Origin: a virus
IMG/VR virus record: IMGVR_UViG_3300045988_128440
DNA: 52,515 nucleotides
Direction: 5' to 3' (one strand)
A program made the position numbers and the translations under genes. Positions 1 to 7,383 of the stretch are shown one piece after another. Below the pieces are notes generated by a model. That model saw nothing but the letters and a program-made list of their open reading frames with translations, had not been told where the DNA came from and searched no databases. The first letter of the stretch is position 1, and each line of letters opens with the position of its first letter.

Positions 1-99
1 AGACATTTATTATTGAATGTGATGGTTATGAATTCCATCAAAAAACAAAAGAACAAGTAGATAGAGATAATAAGCGTACTAGAAGTTTACAAAAAAAAG
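1..99. repeat. terminal direct overlap, identical to 52417..52515 (circular-assembly signature)
   Basis: Bases 1-99 (agacatttattattgaatgtgatgg...gtttacaaaaaaaag) recur exactly as the last 99 bases of the window. Confidence 0.95.
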
Positions 100-209
100 G
101 GTATGAAGTAATTCGATTTAGTGGAACTGAAATATATCACATGACACATAAATGTGCTTTAGAAGTAATAAATATCATTCTATCTAAATGTGAATATAAG
201 AGAGGTTAG
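1..209 (+). CDS. 3' part of junction-spanning gene: DUF559/Vsr-like endonuclease-domain protein (continues from 52101..52515)
   Basis: Frame 3 reads ..TFIIECDGYEFHQKTKEQVDRDNKRTRSLQKKGYEVIRFSGTEIYH.., stop TAG at 207-209. It is the same reading frame as the ORF open at the window end once the ends are overlapped. Confidence 0.8.
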   Translation, partial: TFIIECDGYEFHQKTKEQVDRDNKRTRSLQKKGYEVIRFSGTEIYHMTHKCALEVINIILSKCEYKRG

Positions 210-212
210 AGT

Positions 213-1226
213 ATGGGAATAAAAAGAATAGTTGATACATCTTTTTGGACTGATGATAAAGTTATGGATAAATTTAGTCCTGAAGATAAGTTATTTATGT
301 TGTATCTTATGACAAACCCTCATACAACGCAATTAGGAATATATCAAATTAATCTTAAATACATGGCTTTAGAACTAGGTTATTCACAAGATACAATAAG
401 AGTTTTATTAGATCGTTTTGAAACAAAGTATAAAATTATTAAATATTCTTACAAAACGCAAGAAATAGCGATAAAAAATTACTTGAAATATAGCATTGTC
501 AAAGGTGGAAAGCCTGTTGAAGATTGTTTAATTAAAGAAATAAAACTTGTTAAAGATAAATCATTATTAGGATATATTTATAAAAATATATTTGATTATG
601 AAAATTTAAATCAAACAGTCGATAAAATTATTCATTTATTAAATCAAAATGATAATGAATATGATAATGAGAATGACAATGACAATGATGTATCGTACAA
701 CGATACGTGTAACGATACGTGTAACGATACGTGTAACGATACGTTACCAACTAAATTATCTAATGTTTTTATAACCATAATAACTAACACAAAAGAAGAA
801 TATCCAATTGAATTTAATTTAGTCGCTCAATATAAAGAACTATATCCAAATGTTGATGTTGAACAAGAATTAAAGAAAATGAAAGCGTGGAGTATATCCA
901 ACCCAAGTAAAAGGAAAACAAAAAGAGGTATGTTGAAGTTTGTTAATAATTGGTTATCAAGAGAACAAGATAAACCAAAATTTAATAGCAACACTAGAAA
1001 AGAAGTAGAGCCTAATTGGTTGAATGAAAAACCTAAACCAAAAGAGGAAACATTAGAAGATAAAGCAAGTAAACTTTATAAAATGTGGGAAGTACAATTA
1101 AAATGCAATCAATTAGATCAAGCACAAGAAACAGCTAAACAATATAAAGCATTAACAGGAAAAGACATTGAAGAAGTTAAAAAAGAATTAGATGAAGCAT
1201 TTAATGTGTTATCAAAATTTGATTAA
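213..1226 (+). CDS. phage replisome organizer / DnaD-like replication initiator
   Basis: N-terminus MGIKRIVDTSFWTDDKV..FSPEDKLFMLYLMTNPHTTQLGIYQI is typical of the phage replisome-organizer N-terminal domain. RBS GAGAGG is upstream; an acidic ND-rich linker contains DNA iterons. Confidence 0.75.
   Translation: MGIKRIVDTSFWTDDKVMDKFSPEDKLFMLYLMTNPHTTQLGIYQINLKYMALELGYSQDTIRVLLDRFETKYKIIKYSYKTQEIAIKNYLKYSIVKGGKPVEDCLIKEIKLVKDKSLLGYIYKNIFDYENLNQTVDKIIHLLNQNDNEYDNENDNDNDVSYNDTCNDTCNDTCNDTLPTKLSNVFITIITNTKEEYPIEFNLVAQYKELYPNVDVEQELKKMKAWSISNPSKRKTKRGMLKFVNNWLSREQDKPKFNSNTRKEVEPNWLNEKPKPKEETLEDKASKLYKMWEVQLKCNQLDQAQETAKQYKALTGKDIEEVKKELDEAFNVLSKFD
690..746 (+). repeat. 12-bp tandem iterons (aacgatacgtgt x 3.8) plus flanking inverted repeat; candidate replication origin
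   Basis: Units at 699-710, 711-722, 723-734 and a partial unit at 735-746. Inverted repeat gtatcgt(690-696)/acgatac(700-706). Locally GC-richer than its surroundings and lies inside the initiator gene. Confidence 0.6.
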
Positions 1227-1229
1227 TGC

Positions 1230-1242
1230 TTCAAATAGTAAA
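1230..1242 (+). repeat. TTCAAATAGTAAA motif copy (perfect)
   Basis: Exact 13-mer 4 nt after stop 1226; abuts SD AAGGAG; 15 nt before ATG 1257. Confidence 0.9.
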
Positions 1243-1256
1243 AAAGGAGAGATAAC

Positions 1257-1433
1257 ATGAATTTAATCATAGGTGTAGTAATTGGAGTATGTATCACTAA
1301 AATATATATAAATATTAGAAATTATTTAGAGTTTAAAAAACTAATTAAACAAGCTAATGAACTTTTGAAAATTGTTGATGAGCAAATTGAAGAGCATGAG
1401 GAATTATTAAAACAGCAAGAAGAAGAAAAATAG
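1257..1433 (+). CDS. small membrane-anchored coiled-coil protein (58 aa)
   Basis: ATG preceded by AAGGAGAG. Translation MNLIIGVVIGVCITKIYINI.. gives a hydrophobic N-terminus then a charged helix. Below the ORF-track length cutoff. Confidence 0.6.
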   Translation: MNLIIGVVIGVCITKIYINIRNYLEFKKLIKQANELLKIVDEQIEEHEELLKQQEEEK

Positions 1434-1446
1434 TGAGGTAATAGCT

Positions 1447-1746
1447 ATGGAATTTGGAGAACTACAAAATAAAGTATTATTAGTATTAGAAAAATATGAG
1501 GAAATAAGGAGTGATGATTTTAAGCTATATTTTCATGTATGTAGGTCAATAAATGAGAATGTAGCAATCATGGATAGATTTTCTTATGTAATGCTAAATC
1601 ATAAAGAATTAGGCTTTCCATCTTTTGAAAGCGTGACACGTTGTAGAAGAAAGGTGTTTGAGTTATACCCTAATTTAAAGCCTGAAAAAGTAACAAAATT
1701 TAGAAAGGAAAAAGAAGAAGAATTTAAGGAGTATGCAAAATCATGA
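1447..1746 (+). CDS. hypothetical protein
   Basis: 99-aa ORF with RBS GTGAGG upstream; its stop overlaps the next start (ATGA). Confidence 0.75.
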   Translation: MEFGELQNKVLLVLEKYEEIRSDDFKLYFHVCRSINENVAIMDRFSYVMLNHKELGFPSFESVTRCRRKVFELYPNLKPEKVTKFRKEKEEEFKEYAKS

Positions 1747-2884
1747 ATGATAACATAAAAAAATTTAACCCATTAAATGTAAGTAGTAAATTTGCTATAT
1801 GTGGTTTACCAATTAGGATTGACTCATATAAAACGTGTTCGTTTGGTTGTAAATATTGTTTTGCCGAAAATAGAAAAATCATGGAGTATGAGAAAAAAAT
1901 CCAAGTAGCAAATATTAATCAAGTAAAGAATAAATTAAAAAAAGTGTTTGATGATAAAAAGGTTGACCAAACAAATTTTTTAGAAACTTTAATTGATAAT
2001 GGCATAACGTGGCATTGGGGGGGATGAGCGATCCGTTTCAACCATGCGAAAAGAAATTACAAATAACAAAGCAATTATTAGATATTACTAATAAATATGG
2101 TATTCATGTATTGTTTTCAACTAAAAGTAATACAACGTATGATTGCGATATTAGACCTGATTTACACACGTTCCAATTAAGTATTACAAATGTTGATGAT
2201 TTAAAAAACATTGAACCTAATGTACCAAGTATAGAAAGTAGATATAAATTTTATAGGGAGCTAAAAGACAAAGGCTTTAAAGTTGGAATAAGAATACAAC
2301 CATTTATACCTAATATATCAACATTAAAAATAGTTGAAATGTTTAAGGACGCTGATAACTTTACTTTAGAGGGTATAAAAATTGTTCCACAAAACAAAGA
2401 ATGTAAAGAGTTTATTTTAAAAGAAATGAATTTAGAAAAAGAAAACTTTACTCAAATGGGATTATTAAATTTAAAGCCTACAATTAGACTAGAAATGTAT
2501 AAACCATTTATAGAATATTTTGAAAAACATAATATACCATATTCAATAGCGGATAATGATTTACATTTTATAGGCACGAATAAATGTTGTTGTGGAGATA
2601 GATTAGTACACAAAAGCACATCGTTTAATAATACAGCAATGATTAAATGTTATGGAGAAGATTATGCAAAAGAACAGTTAGATGATGAATTGTTTGAGTG
2701 TGGTGTACGTGATTGTAAATGTAACCATCTATTCACTTCAAATAGACAAGAGGGTTGTATAAGCGTTCAAGATTTCTATGATAAAAGATTTTATAGAAAA
2801 TCAAGTCCATTTTCTCCAATGTTTCAATATAAATTAGAAAGTGAAAAGAAACAAATAGAACAAATAAGCATATTTGATGTTTAG
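1743..2884 (+). CDS. radical SAM protein (SplB/COG1533-like), reading frame broken by a -1 shift at a G7 run (2017-2023)
   Basis: CSFGCKYC (CxxxCxxC) lies in ORF 1743..2027. GGMSDPFQPCE, the conserved continuation, lies in ORF 2009..2884. One extra G, or a -1 slip, joins them as ..WHWGGMSDPFQP.. Confidence 0.7.
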
Positions 2885-2886
2885 TA

Positions 2887-2899
2887 TTCTAATAGTAAA
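2887..2899 (+). repeat. motif variant TTCTAATAGTAAA
   Basis: One mismatch; 3 nt after stop 2884 and upstream of promoter 2927. Confidence 0.7.
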
Positions 2900-2926
2900 T
2901 TTATTTTAAATATAGAAGCATATTAT

Positions 2927-2955
2927 TTGTATGTGTATCACATATATAGTATTAT
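2927..2955 (+). promoter_or_regulatory. SigA-type promoter TTGTAT-N17-TATTAT with spacer inverted repeat ATGTG-TAT-CACAT
   Basis: Hexamers at 2927-2932 and 2950-2955 with 17-nt spacing, about 40 nt upstream of ATG 2996. Confidence 0.55.
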
Positions 2956-2995
2956 AAATATGTAAGATAAATTCATTCAAAAAGGGGATAGCAAA

Positions 2996-3190
2996 ATGCT
3001 AACATCAAAACAATCTTTATCAAAAATCAAAAAATATTATAGGAACTCAAAATTTTATGAGTATGATGATATTATTGATTGGTACGTTGATAAAGATACA
3101 AAAACATCTTATTCATGGGAATTTGAATTACATGGTGAAAAGCATGAAATAAAATGTAATAAAGAGAATGGAAAAATTGAAGTCCTTTAG
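2996..3190 (+). CDS. hypothetical protein
   Basis: 64-aa ORF with RBS AAGGGG upstream; followed by a terminator. Confidence 0.7.
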   Translation: MLTSKQSLSKIKKYYRNSKFYEYDDIIDWYVDKDTKTSYSWEFELHGEKHEIKCNKENGKIEVL

Positions 3191-3203
3191 GGCTTCTTTT
3201 TTT
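3179..3203 (+). terminator. intrinsic terminator
   Basis: Stem gaagtcc/gggcttc (one G.U pair), loop ttta, then T7. Confidence 0.6.
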
Positions 3204-3205
3204 GC

Positions 3206-3218
3206 TTCAAATAGTAAA
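3206..3218 (+). repeat. TTCAAATAGTAAA motif copy (perfect)
   Basis: Directly after the terminator T-run; 33 nt before ATG 3252. Confidence 0.9.
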
Positions 3219-3251
3219 CTTCGTTTGATAAAATAAACATGGAGGTGTCAA

Positions 3252-3422
3252 ATGAAAGGTATAGATGAATTAGTAACAATAGATGATTATTACCAAGAAA
3301 TAAAAGAAGTTGAAAAGCAACTAAAAGAAACAAATTCAAATTATCGTAAAAACGATTTGATGAAGTATTTATTTTATTTAAGAAAAGAAGTAAAAGATTA
3401 TATCAAGTTTACAAATAAATAA
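3252..3422 (+). CDS. hypothetical protein (56 aa)
   Basis: ATG preceded by GGAGGTG. Translation MKGIDELVTIDDYYQEIKEVEKQLKE.. Below the track cutoff. Confidence 0.6.
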   Translation: MKGIDELVTIDDYYQEIKEVEKQLKETNSNYRKNDLMKYLFYLRKEVKDYIKFTNK

Positions 3423-3424
3423 TA

Positions 3425-4729
3425 TTGGAGTTGTTTTTATTGGAAATAGAAATTGTTAGTATTCATGATTTAATACCCTATGATAACAATGCAAAGGAAC
3501 ACCCAAAAGAGCAAATTGAACAAATAAAGGAGTCTATTATTAAATTTCATAATAATGACCCTATAGCGATTGATGAAAACAATGTAATTATAGAGGGGCA
3601 TGGAAGATATGAAGCTTTAAAAGAGTTAGGTTATGAGCAAGTTGAATGTATTAGGTTAGACCATTTAAATGACGATCAAAAGAAAGCATATAGACTTGTT
3701 CATAATAAACTCACAATGAATAGTGATTTTAATTTTGATTTATTAGAAGAAGAATTAAAGACTATTAACGATATAGATATGGGTTTCTTTGATTTTGATA
3801 TGTCTATGTTTGATGAAATTGAGGAAGAAATAAAAGAGGAAGCAAATAAAAAACTAACTGATGAATTTCTAATACCACCTACAAGCGTTTTTGATACAAG
3901 ACAAGGCTATTGGCAAGAAAGAAAAAGAGCATGGAAAGACATTGGTATATCTAGCGAAGTTGGACGAGATGAAGCTTTATTAGGAAGTGGTTTAAAACTA
4001 TTAGCCAATAAGTTAGGAAGTAAAACATTAACAGGAACAAGCATTTTTGACCCTGTATTATGTGAAATCATTTATAAATGGTTTAATGTTCATCAAGGAA
4101 ATATATTTGATTGCTTTGCTGGTGGAAGTGTAAGGGGTATTGTAGCCGAGAAACTAGGTTATAAATATACTGGAATTGATTTAAGAAAAGAGCAAGTAGA
4201 AGCAAATATATTAAATGCTAATGAATTGAATTTAAACCCTACTTGGATATGTGATGATAGTTTAAACGCTGATTTATACGTTGAAGATAATAGCGTTGAT
4301 TTATTGTTTAGCTGTCCTCCTTATGCTGATTTAGAAGTCTATAGTGATGATGAAAGAGATATATCCAATATGGACTATGAGCAATTTAAAGATGTTTATA
4401 AAAAGATTATTGATATAGCTTGTAGAAAAGTAAAAGATGATCGCTTTGCGGTATTTGTTGTTGGTGATGTAAGGGATAAAAAAGGTTATTATAGAAACTT
4501 TGTTGATTATACTAAAGAGTGTTTTAATAATAATGGTTTCATGACATACAACGAGATTATTTTATTAGAGCAATTAGGAACTATCCCAATGAGAGCAAGG
4601 CTAGTATTTAAAAAAAGAAAAGTAGCAAAGGCACATCAAAACATATTGATATTCTATAAAGGTGATATAAACAACATTCCTTGTAATTACAGTAATATAG
4701 AAGTAGGACAAATAGAAGATACTCAATAG
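3425..4729 (+). CDS. ParB-like nuclease domain fused to SAM-dependent DNA methyltransferase (SPPY type)
   Basis: N-terminus IHDLIPYDNNAKEHP..IIEGHGRYEA is ParB-N-like. The C-terminal half has DCFAGGS (motif I) and FSCPPYADLE (motif IV). The true start is probably TTG 3440, after GGAG. Confidence 0.8.
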   Translation: MELFLLEIEIVSIHDLIPYDNNAKEHPKEQIEQIKESIIKFHNNDPIAIDENNVIIEGHGRYEALKELGYEQVECIRLDHLNDDQKKAYRLVHNKLTMNSDFNFDLLEEELKTINDIDMGFFDFDMSMFDEIEEEIKEEANKKLTDEFLIPPTSVFDTRQGYWQERKRAWKDIGISSEVGRDEALLGSGLKLLANKLGSKTLTGTSIFDPVLCEIIYKWFNVHQGNIFDCFAGGSVRGIVAEKLGYKYTGIDLRKEQVEANILNANELNLNPTWICDDSLNADLYVEDNSVDLLFSCPPYADLEVYSDDERDISNMDYEQFKDVYKKIIDIACRKVKDDRFAVFVVGDVRDKKGYYRNFVDYTKECFNNNGFMTYNEIILLEQLGTIPMRARLVFKKRKVAKAHQNILIFYKGDINNIPCNYSNIEVGQIEDTQ

Positions 4730-4745
4730 AGTGTCTTTTTTTGTT

Positions 4746-4758
4746 TTCAAATAGTAAA
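4746..4758 (+). repeat. TTCAAATAGTAAA motif copy (perfect)
   Basis: After the T-run that follows stop 4729; immediately upstream of promoter 4767. Confidence 0.9.
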
Positions 4759-4766
4759 CAAAACAC

Positions 4767-4795
4767 TTGATTATATGTAATACATATATTATAAT
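4767..4795 (+). promoter_or_regulatory. SigA-type promoter TTGATT-N17-TATAAT carrying palindrome ATATGTA-A-TACATAT
   Basis: Hexamers at 4767-4772 and 4790-4795; palindrome at 4773-4787. Member of the reused promoter family. Confidence 0.65.
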
Positions 4796-4828
4796 AAGTA
4801 CATAAGATAAAGAAAGAGGTAAAACAAT

Positions 4829-5116
4829 ATGACAAATTTAGAAATAGTAGCAAATGAAGTTGTAACAAATAATTTATTAACGGAAGAACAAGTTGAAGAA
4901 ATGATAATCAAATTTGGAGCATTACCATATAAAACATATCAAGAATGGAAATATAGTGGTTATCAAGTTAAAAAAGGCTCTAAAGCAATCATTAAAACAA
5001 AACTTTGGAAAAAGGTTAAAGAAAAGAAAGAAAAAGAAGATGAAGAACAAACAAGTAAATTCATTCTAGTAAGTGCTTCATTGTTTGGAGTAGATCAAGT
5101 AGAAAAAATAGCATAG
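4829..5116 (+). CDS. hypothetical protein, possible ArdC-N-like ssDNA-binding domain
   Basis: 95 aa with RBS AAGAGG. YQEWKYSGYQVKKGSKAI resembles the ArdC/antirestriction N-terminal domain motif (weak, by eye). Confidence 0.4.
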   Translation: MTNLEIVANEVVTNNLLTEEQVEEMIIKFGALPYKTYQEWKYSGYQVKKGSKAIIKTKLWKKVKEKKEKEDEEQTSKFILVSASLFGVDQVEKIA

Positions 5117-5136
5117 GGGATTTATTCCCCTAGTGC

Positions 5137-5149
5137 TTCAAATAATAAA
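5137..5149 (+). repeat. motif variant TTCAAATAATAAA
   Basis: One mismatch; follows hairpin gggga-tttat-tcccc; 21 nt before ATG 5171. Confidence 0.7.
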
Positions 5150-5170
5150 TATTAAAGGAGATAGGAAAAC

Positions 5171-5341
5171 ATGAAAACAATCATTAAATTAAAAGGCAAA
5201 AATATTTCAAAGAAAAAAGCGATTGAATTATTCGGTAAAGAAAGAATTGATAATAGAATTAAAGAAGCAAAAGAAAGCTTCATAAATGACCCATACGAAT
5301 TAAATTCATGGATGGACGGAATGGAAATAGAATTCAAATAA
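5171..5341 (+). CDS. hypothetical protein (56 aa)
   Basis: RBS AAAGGAGA. Translation MKTIIKLKGKNISKKKAIELFGKERID..; followed by a terminator. Confidence 0.6.
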   Translation: MKTIIKLKGKNISKKKAIELFGKERIDNRIKEAKESFINDPYELNSWMDGMEIEFK

Positions 5342-5357
5342 TTAGATACAGTTAAAT

Positions 5358-5386
5358 GAGAACTCTTAATTGGGTTCTCTTTTTTG
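5358..5386 (+). terminator. intrinsic terminator (gagaac/gttctc family)
   Basis: Stem gagaac(5358-5363)/gttctc(5374-5379) plus T6. Confidence 0.65.
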
Positions 5387-5417
5387 TTAAAAAAAGTAAA
5401 AAAGTTATTGTGAAATA

Positions 5418-5446
5418 TTGACATTTATATGTAATACATATATAAT
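5418..5446 (+). promoter_or_regulatory. consensus SigA-type promoter TTGACA-N17-TATAAT with palindromic spacer and A-rich UP region
   Basis: TTGACA at 5418-5423, TATAAT at 5441-5446, palindrome ATATGTAATACATAT at 5427-5441. Near-identical to 14509 and very similar to 6285 and 39405. Confidence 0.75.
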
Positions 5447-5479
5447 ATAAGTGTAATAAGAAAGAGAGAGGTACATATT

Positions 5480-5746
5480 ATGAGAACGGTAGAGGTAAAA
5501 TTAAACAATGCATGGAATGGAAAATTAGTAATGGAACCAATAAAAGTTGAAATTGAAAAAGGTTTATATCTTCAATTAAGTTATAAAACAAGTGATAATA
5601 CTTGGAATTTATCTTGTTTTGATTATAGAGCTAAATATCTAAATTTATATGATATTAAAGGTGATTGCAAAAGATTATCAACAATTAATAAAGCAATCAA
5701 AAATTCAGTTATTAATTGGGATGTAGAATTTATTTTAGTTAAATAA
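5480..5746 (+). CDS. hypothetical protein
   Basis: 88-aa ORF with RBS GAGAGAGG; first gene behind the consensus promoter. Confidence 0.75.
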   Translation: MRTVEVKLNNAWNGKLVMEPIKVEIEKGLYLQLSYKTSDNTWNLSCFDYRAKYLNLYDIKGDCKRLSTINKAIKNSVINWDVEFILVK

Positions 5747-5824
5747 AAAGAAAGAAGAGGGAGGACATCAAGAAATCATTAATCAATTAAAAGAATGATA
5801 TGCACCATTAAGTATTTAGAAACA

Positions 5825-5850
5825 AAGTGAAGCGATAACACTTAAAACAC
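5825..5850 (+). repeat. 26-nt conserved inter-ORF element (copy 1 of 2), hairpin AAGTG-N9-CACTT
   Basis: aagtgaagcgataacacttaaaacac matches 14769..14794 at 25 of 26 positions. Confidence 0.7.
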
Positions 5851-5870
5851 TTTAAGAAAGGATAATAAAT

Positions 5871-6257
5871 ATGTGGAAGAATATAAACATTTCAAAAAAT
5901 AATATAGATCATGAAACAGTTAAAGCGGTATTAATCAAAATGCCTAACAAAAGCGATTATAAAGGTTATTGCTTTTGGCACTCATCAAAGCTAGTTAGAA
6001 AGGGAAGAAACAAAAACAGTATATCTATAGGGTATACAAATGATTTCACTTTCAAGCTAATTAAATATGGTAATGGAAAATATAATAAATATGACATTAT
6101 CAAAGAAATAGAAATTAGCGTAGATGAATTTGAAAAAGCCTTTGAGGTGATGAATGAAAACATTAAAGAAAAGACTTTTAAGAATGAATATGAAACATAT
6201 AAACCTCAACATAAAGAAGTTGAAAAAGTAGAGATTGAGCAAGAATTATTAGATTAA
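5871..6257 (+). CDS. hypothetical conserved phage protein
   Basis: 128-aa ORF with RBS AAGGA upstream. Confidence 0.75.
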   Translation: MWKNINISKNNIDHETVKAVLIKMPNKSDYKGYCFWHSSKLVRKGRNKNSISIGYTNDFTFKLIKYGNGKYNKYDIIKEIEISVDEFEKAFEVMNENIKEKTFKNEYETYKPQHKEVEKVEIEQELLD

Positions 6258-6284
6258 AAAAATAAAAAATATTATTGGAAAATA

Positions 6285-6313
6285 TTGACTTTTCTATGTA
6301 ATACATATATAAT
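6285..6313 (+). promoter_or_regulatory. SigA-type promoter TTGACT-N17-TATAAT (reused promoter family)
   Basis: Hexamers at 6285-6290 and 6308-6313; spacer contains tatgtaatacatat. Confidence 0.7.
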
Positions 6314-6363
6314 ATAAACGTAATAGGAAGGGGGAACTCAAAGGAGTTCATAGGAATAAGAAA

Positions 6364-6681
6364 ATGTTAAAAATTAAAAAAGTATGGGTAGCGGATAATG
6401 GAGATATTTTTTTAGAAAGGGAAGTTGATTATAGAAATTACTCTTTAAAAGAAATTGAAGCATTAAAAAATCAAGCTGTAGAAATGCTTGATCGTGGAGA
6501 ATTTGAAAATTGTCATTATGTAAATGATGGGAAAATTAAACATGGTTCTTATTATACTAACGATAATGAATTTATAGGTAATGAACAAATTCACGTTTTA
6601 ACAAAATATGATACTCGTCAAGAAAAGATGTATCTAAATTATAAAGGGAATTTAAAGCCTTTATGGGATACAGCAAATTAA
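6364..6681 (+). CDS. hypothetical protein
   Basis: 105-aa ORF; its 5' leader carries hairpin 6334-6349. Confidence 0.75.
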   Translation: MLKIKKVWVADNGDIFLEREVDYRNYSLKEIEALKNQAVEMLDRGEFENCHYVNDGKIKHGSYYTNDNEFIGNEQIHVLTKYDTRQEKMYLNYKGNLKPLWDTAN

Positions 6682-6779
6682 AAAACCAGCAATTAGCCTT
6701 TGATAAATTATCAAGGTTAAAAGTTGGAGCGTTATTTATATTGAAATATTTTACCTATACCAATATAATATATATATGA
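6663..6779 (+). pseudogene. orphan copy A of the SNF2-like helicase 5' end (MGYSKLKNQQLAFDKLSRLKVGALF..)
   Basis: The 38-codon ORF has residues NQQLAFDKLSRLKVGALF that parallel NQQLAFEKLSKLKVGALF at 7391-7444. It runs into the homing-endonuclease promoter and stops at 6777-6779. Confidence 0.55.
6741..6769 (+). promoter_or_regulatory. promoter TTGAAA-N17-TATAAT for the homing endonuclease gene
   Basis: Hexamers at 6741-6746 and 6764-6769; RBS GAGAGGTGG precedes ATG 6793. Confidence 0.55.
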
Positions 6780-6792
6780 GAGGTGGTAAAAT

Positions 6793-7383
6793 ATGGAAAT
6801 ATGGAAAGATATAAAAGGCTATGAGGGTTTATATCAAGTTAGTAATTTTGGAAGAGTTAAAAGTTTAGCAAGAACGAATGTAAAAGGGAAAGGAAATTAC
6901 TATAGAAAAGAAAAAATCAAAAAACAATATAAGACCAAACATAGTTCAAACAAAACATCTTATTTTCACGTATCATTATCAAAAAATGGAATTATAAAAA
7001 GATACAGTGTTCATAGATTAGTTGCTATTGCTTTTATACCAAACAAGGAAAATAAAGAATATGTAAATCATAAAAATGAAAATGGTTTAGATAATAGAGT
7101 TGAAAATTTAGAATGGGTATCAAATAGTGAAAATCAATTATATTCATTATATGTAACTAAAAGCAATAAAAATACTATTCCTGTAATTGCTAAAGATAAA
7201 AACACTTTAGAGCCTATAAAGGAATTTGAAAGTATAGCTTTAGCTTCTAAATGGCTAATAGAAAGTAAAAAGACAAAAGATAAATATTGTAATCGTGGCA
7301 TTTCTAAATGTTGCAAACATAAAATACCAAGTTATATGGGTTATATATGGAGATGTAAAGAAGAGGTGAAAAACAATGTTTAA
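6793..7383 (+). CDS. HNH homing endonuclease (NUMOD4 + HNH_3 type)
   Basis: MEIWKDIKGYEGLYQVSNFGRVKS (NUMOD4-like); VNHKNENGLDNRVENLEWVSNSEN (HNH); C-terminal GYIWRC. Confidence 0.85.
   Translation: MEIWKDIKGYEGLYQVSNFGRVKSLARTNVKGKGNYYRKEKIKKQYKTKHSSNKTSYFHVSLSKNGIIKRYSVHRLVAIAFIPNKENKEYVNHKNENGLDNRVENLEWVSNSENQLYSLYVTKSNKNTIPVIAKDKNTLEPIKEFESIALASKWLIESKKTKDKYCNRGISKCCKHKIPSYMGYIWRCKEEVKNNV

Noticed and set aside
661-700. The gat/aat-rich stretch (gataatgaatatgataatgagaatgacaatgacaatgat) as a separate microsatellite.
   Set aside because: It is imperfect codon-level low complexity encoding the acidic N/D linker of the replisome organizer. Only the exact 12-bp iterons downstream are treated as a repeat feature.
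4608-4868. Minus-strand ORFs in the six-frame track, antisense to + strand genes or spanning promoters. Examples: 4608..4868, 5152..5424, 5966..6242, 7134..7316, 8814..9307, 9480..9662, 13152..13475, 13944..14141, 15615..16339, 17897..18217, 19438..19737, 21176..21379, 21619..21825, 22507..23239, 23903..24184, 24698..24934, 29430..29690, 30013..30258, 30561..30779, 32197..32909, 34617..34961, 35835..36044, 36502..36964, 37549..38031, 39084..39299, 41565..41747, 47461..47730 and 49121..49514.
   Set aside because: Their translations are low-complexity and F/L/S/I-rich, as expected from reading A+T-rich coding DNA backwards. They lack an SD and overlap well-supported + strand genes with recognisable domains.
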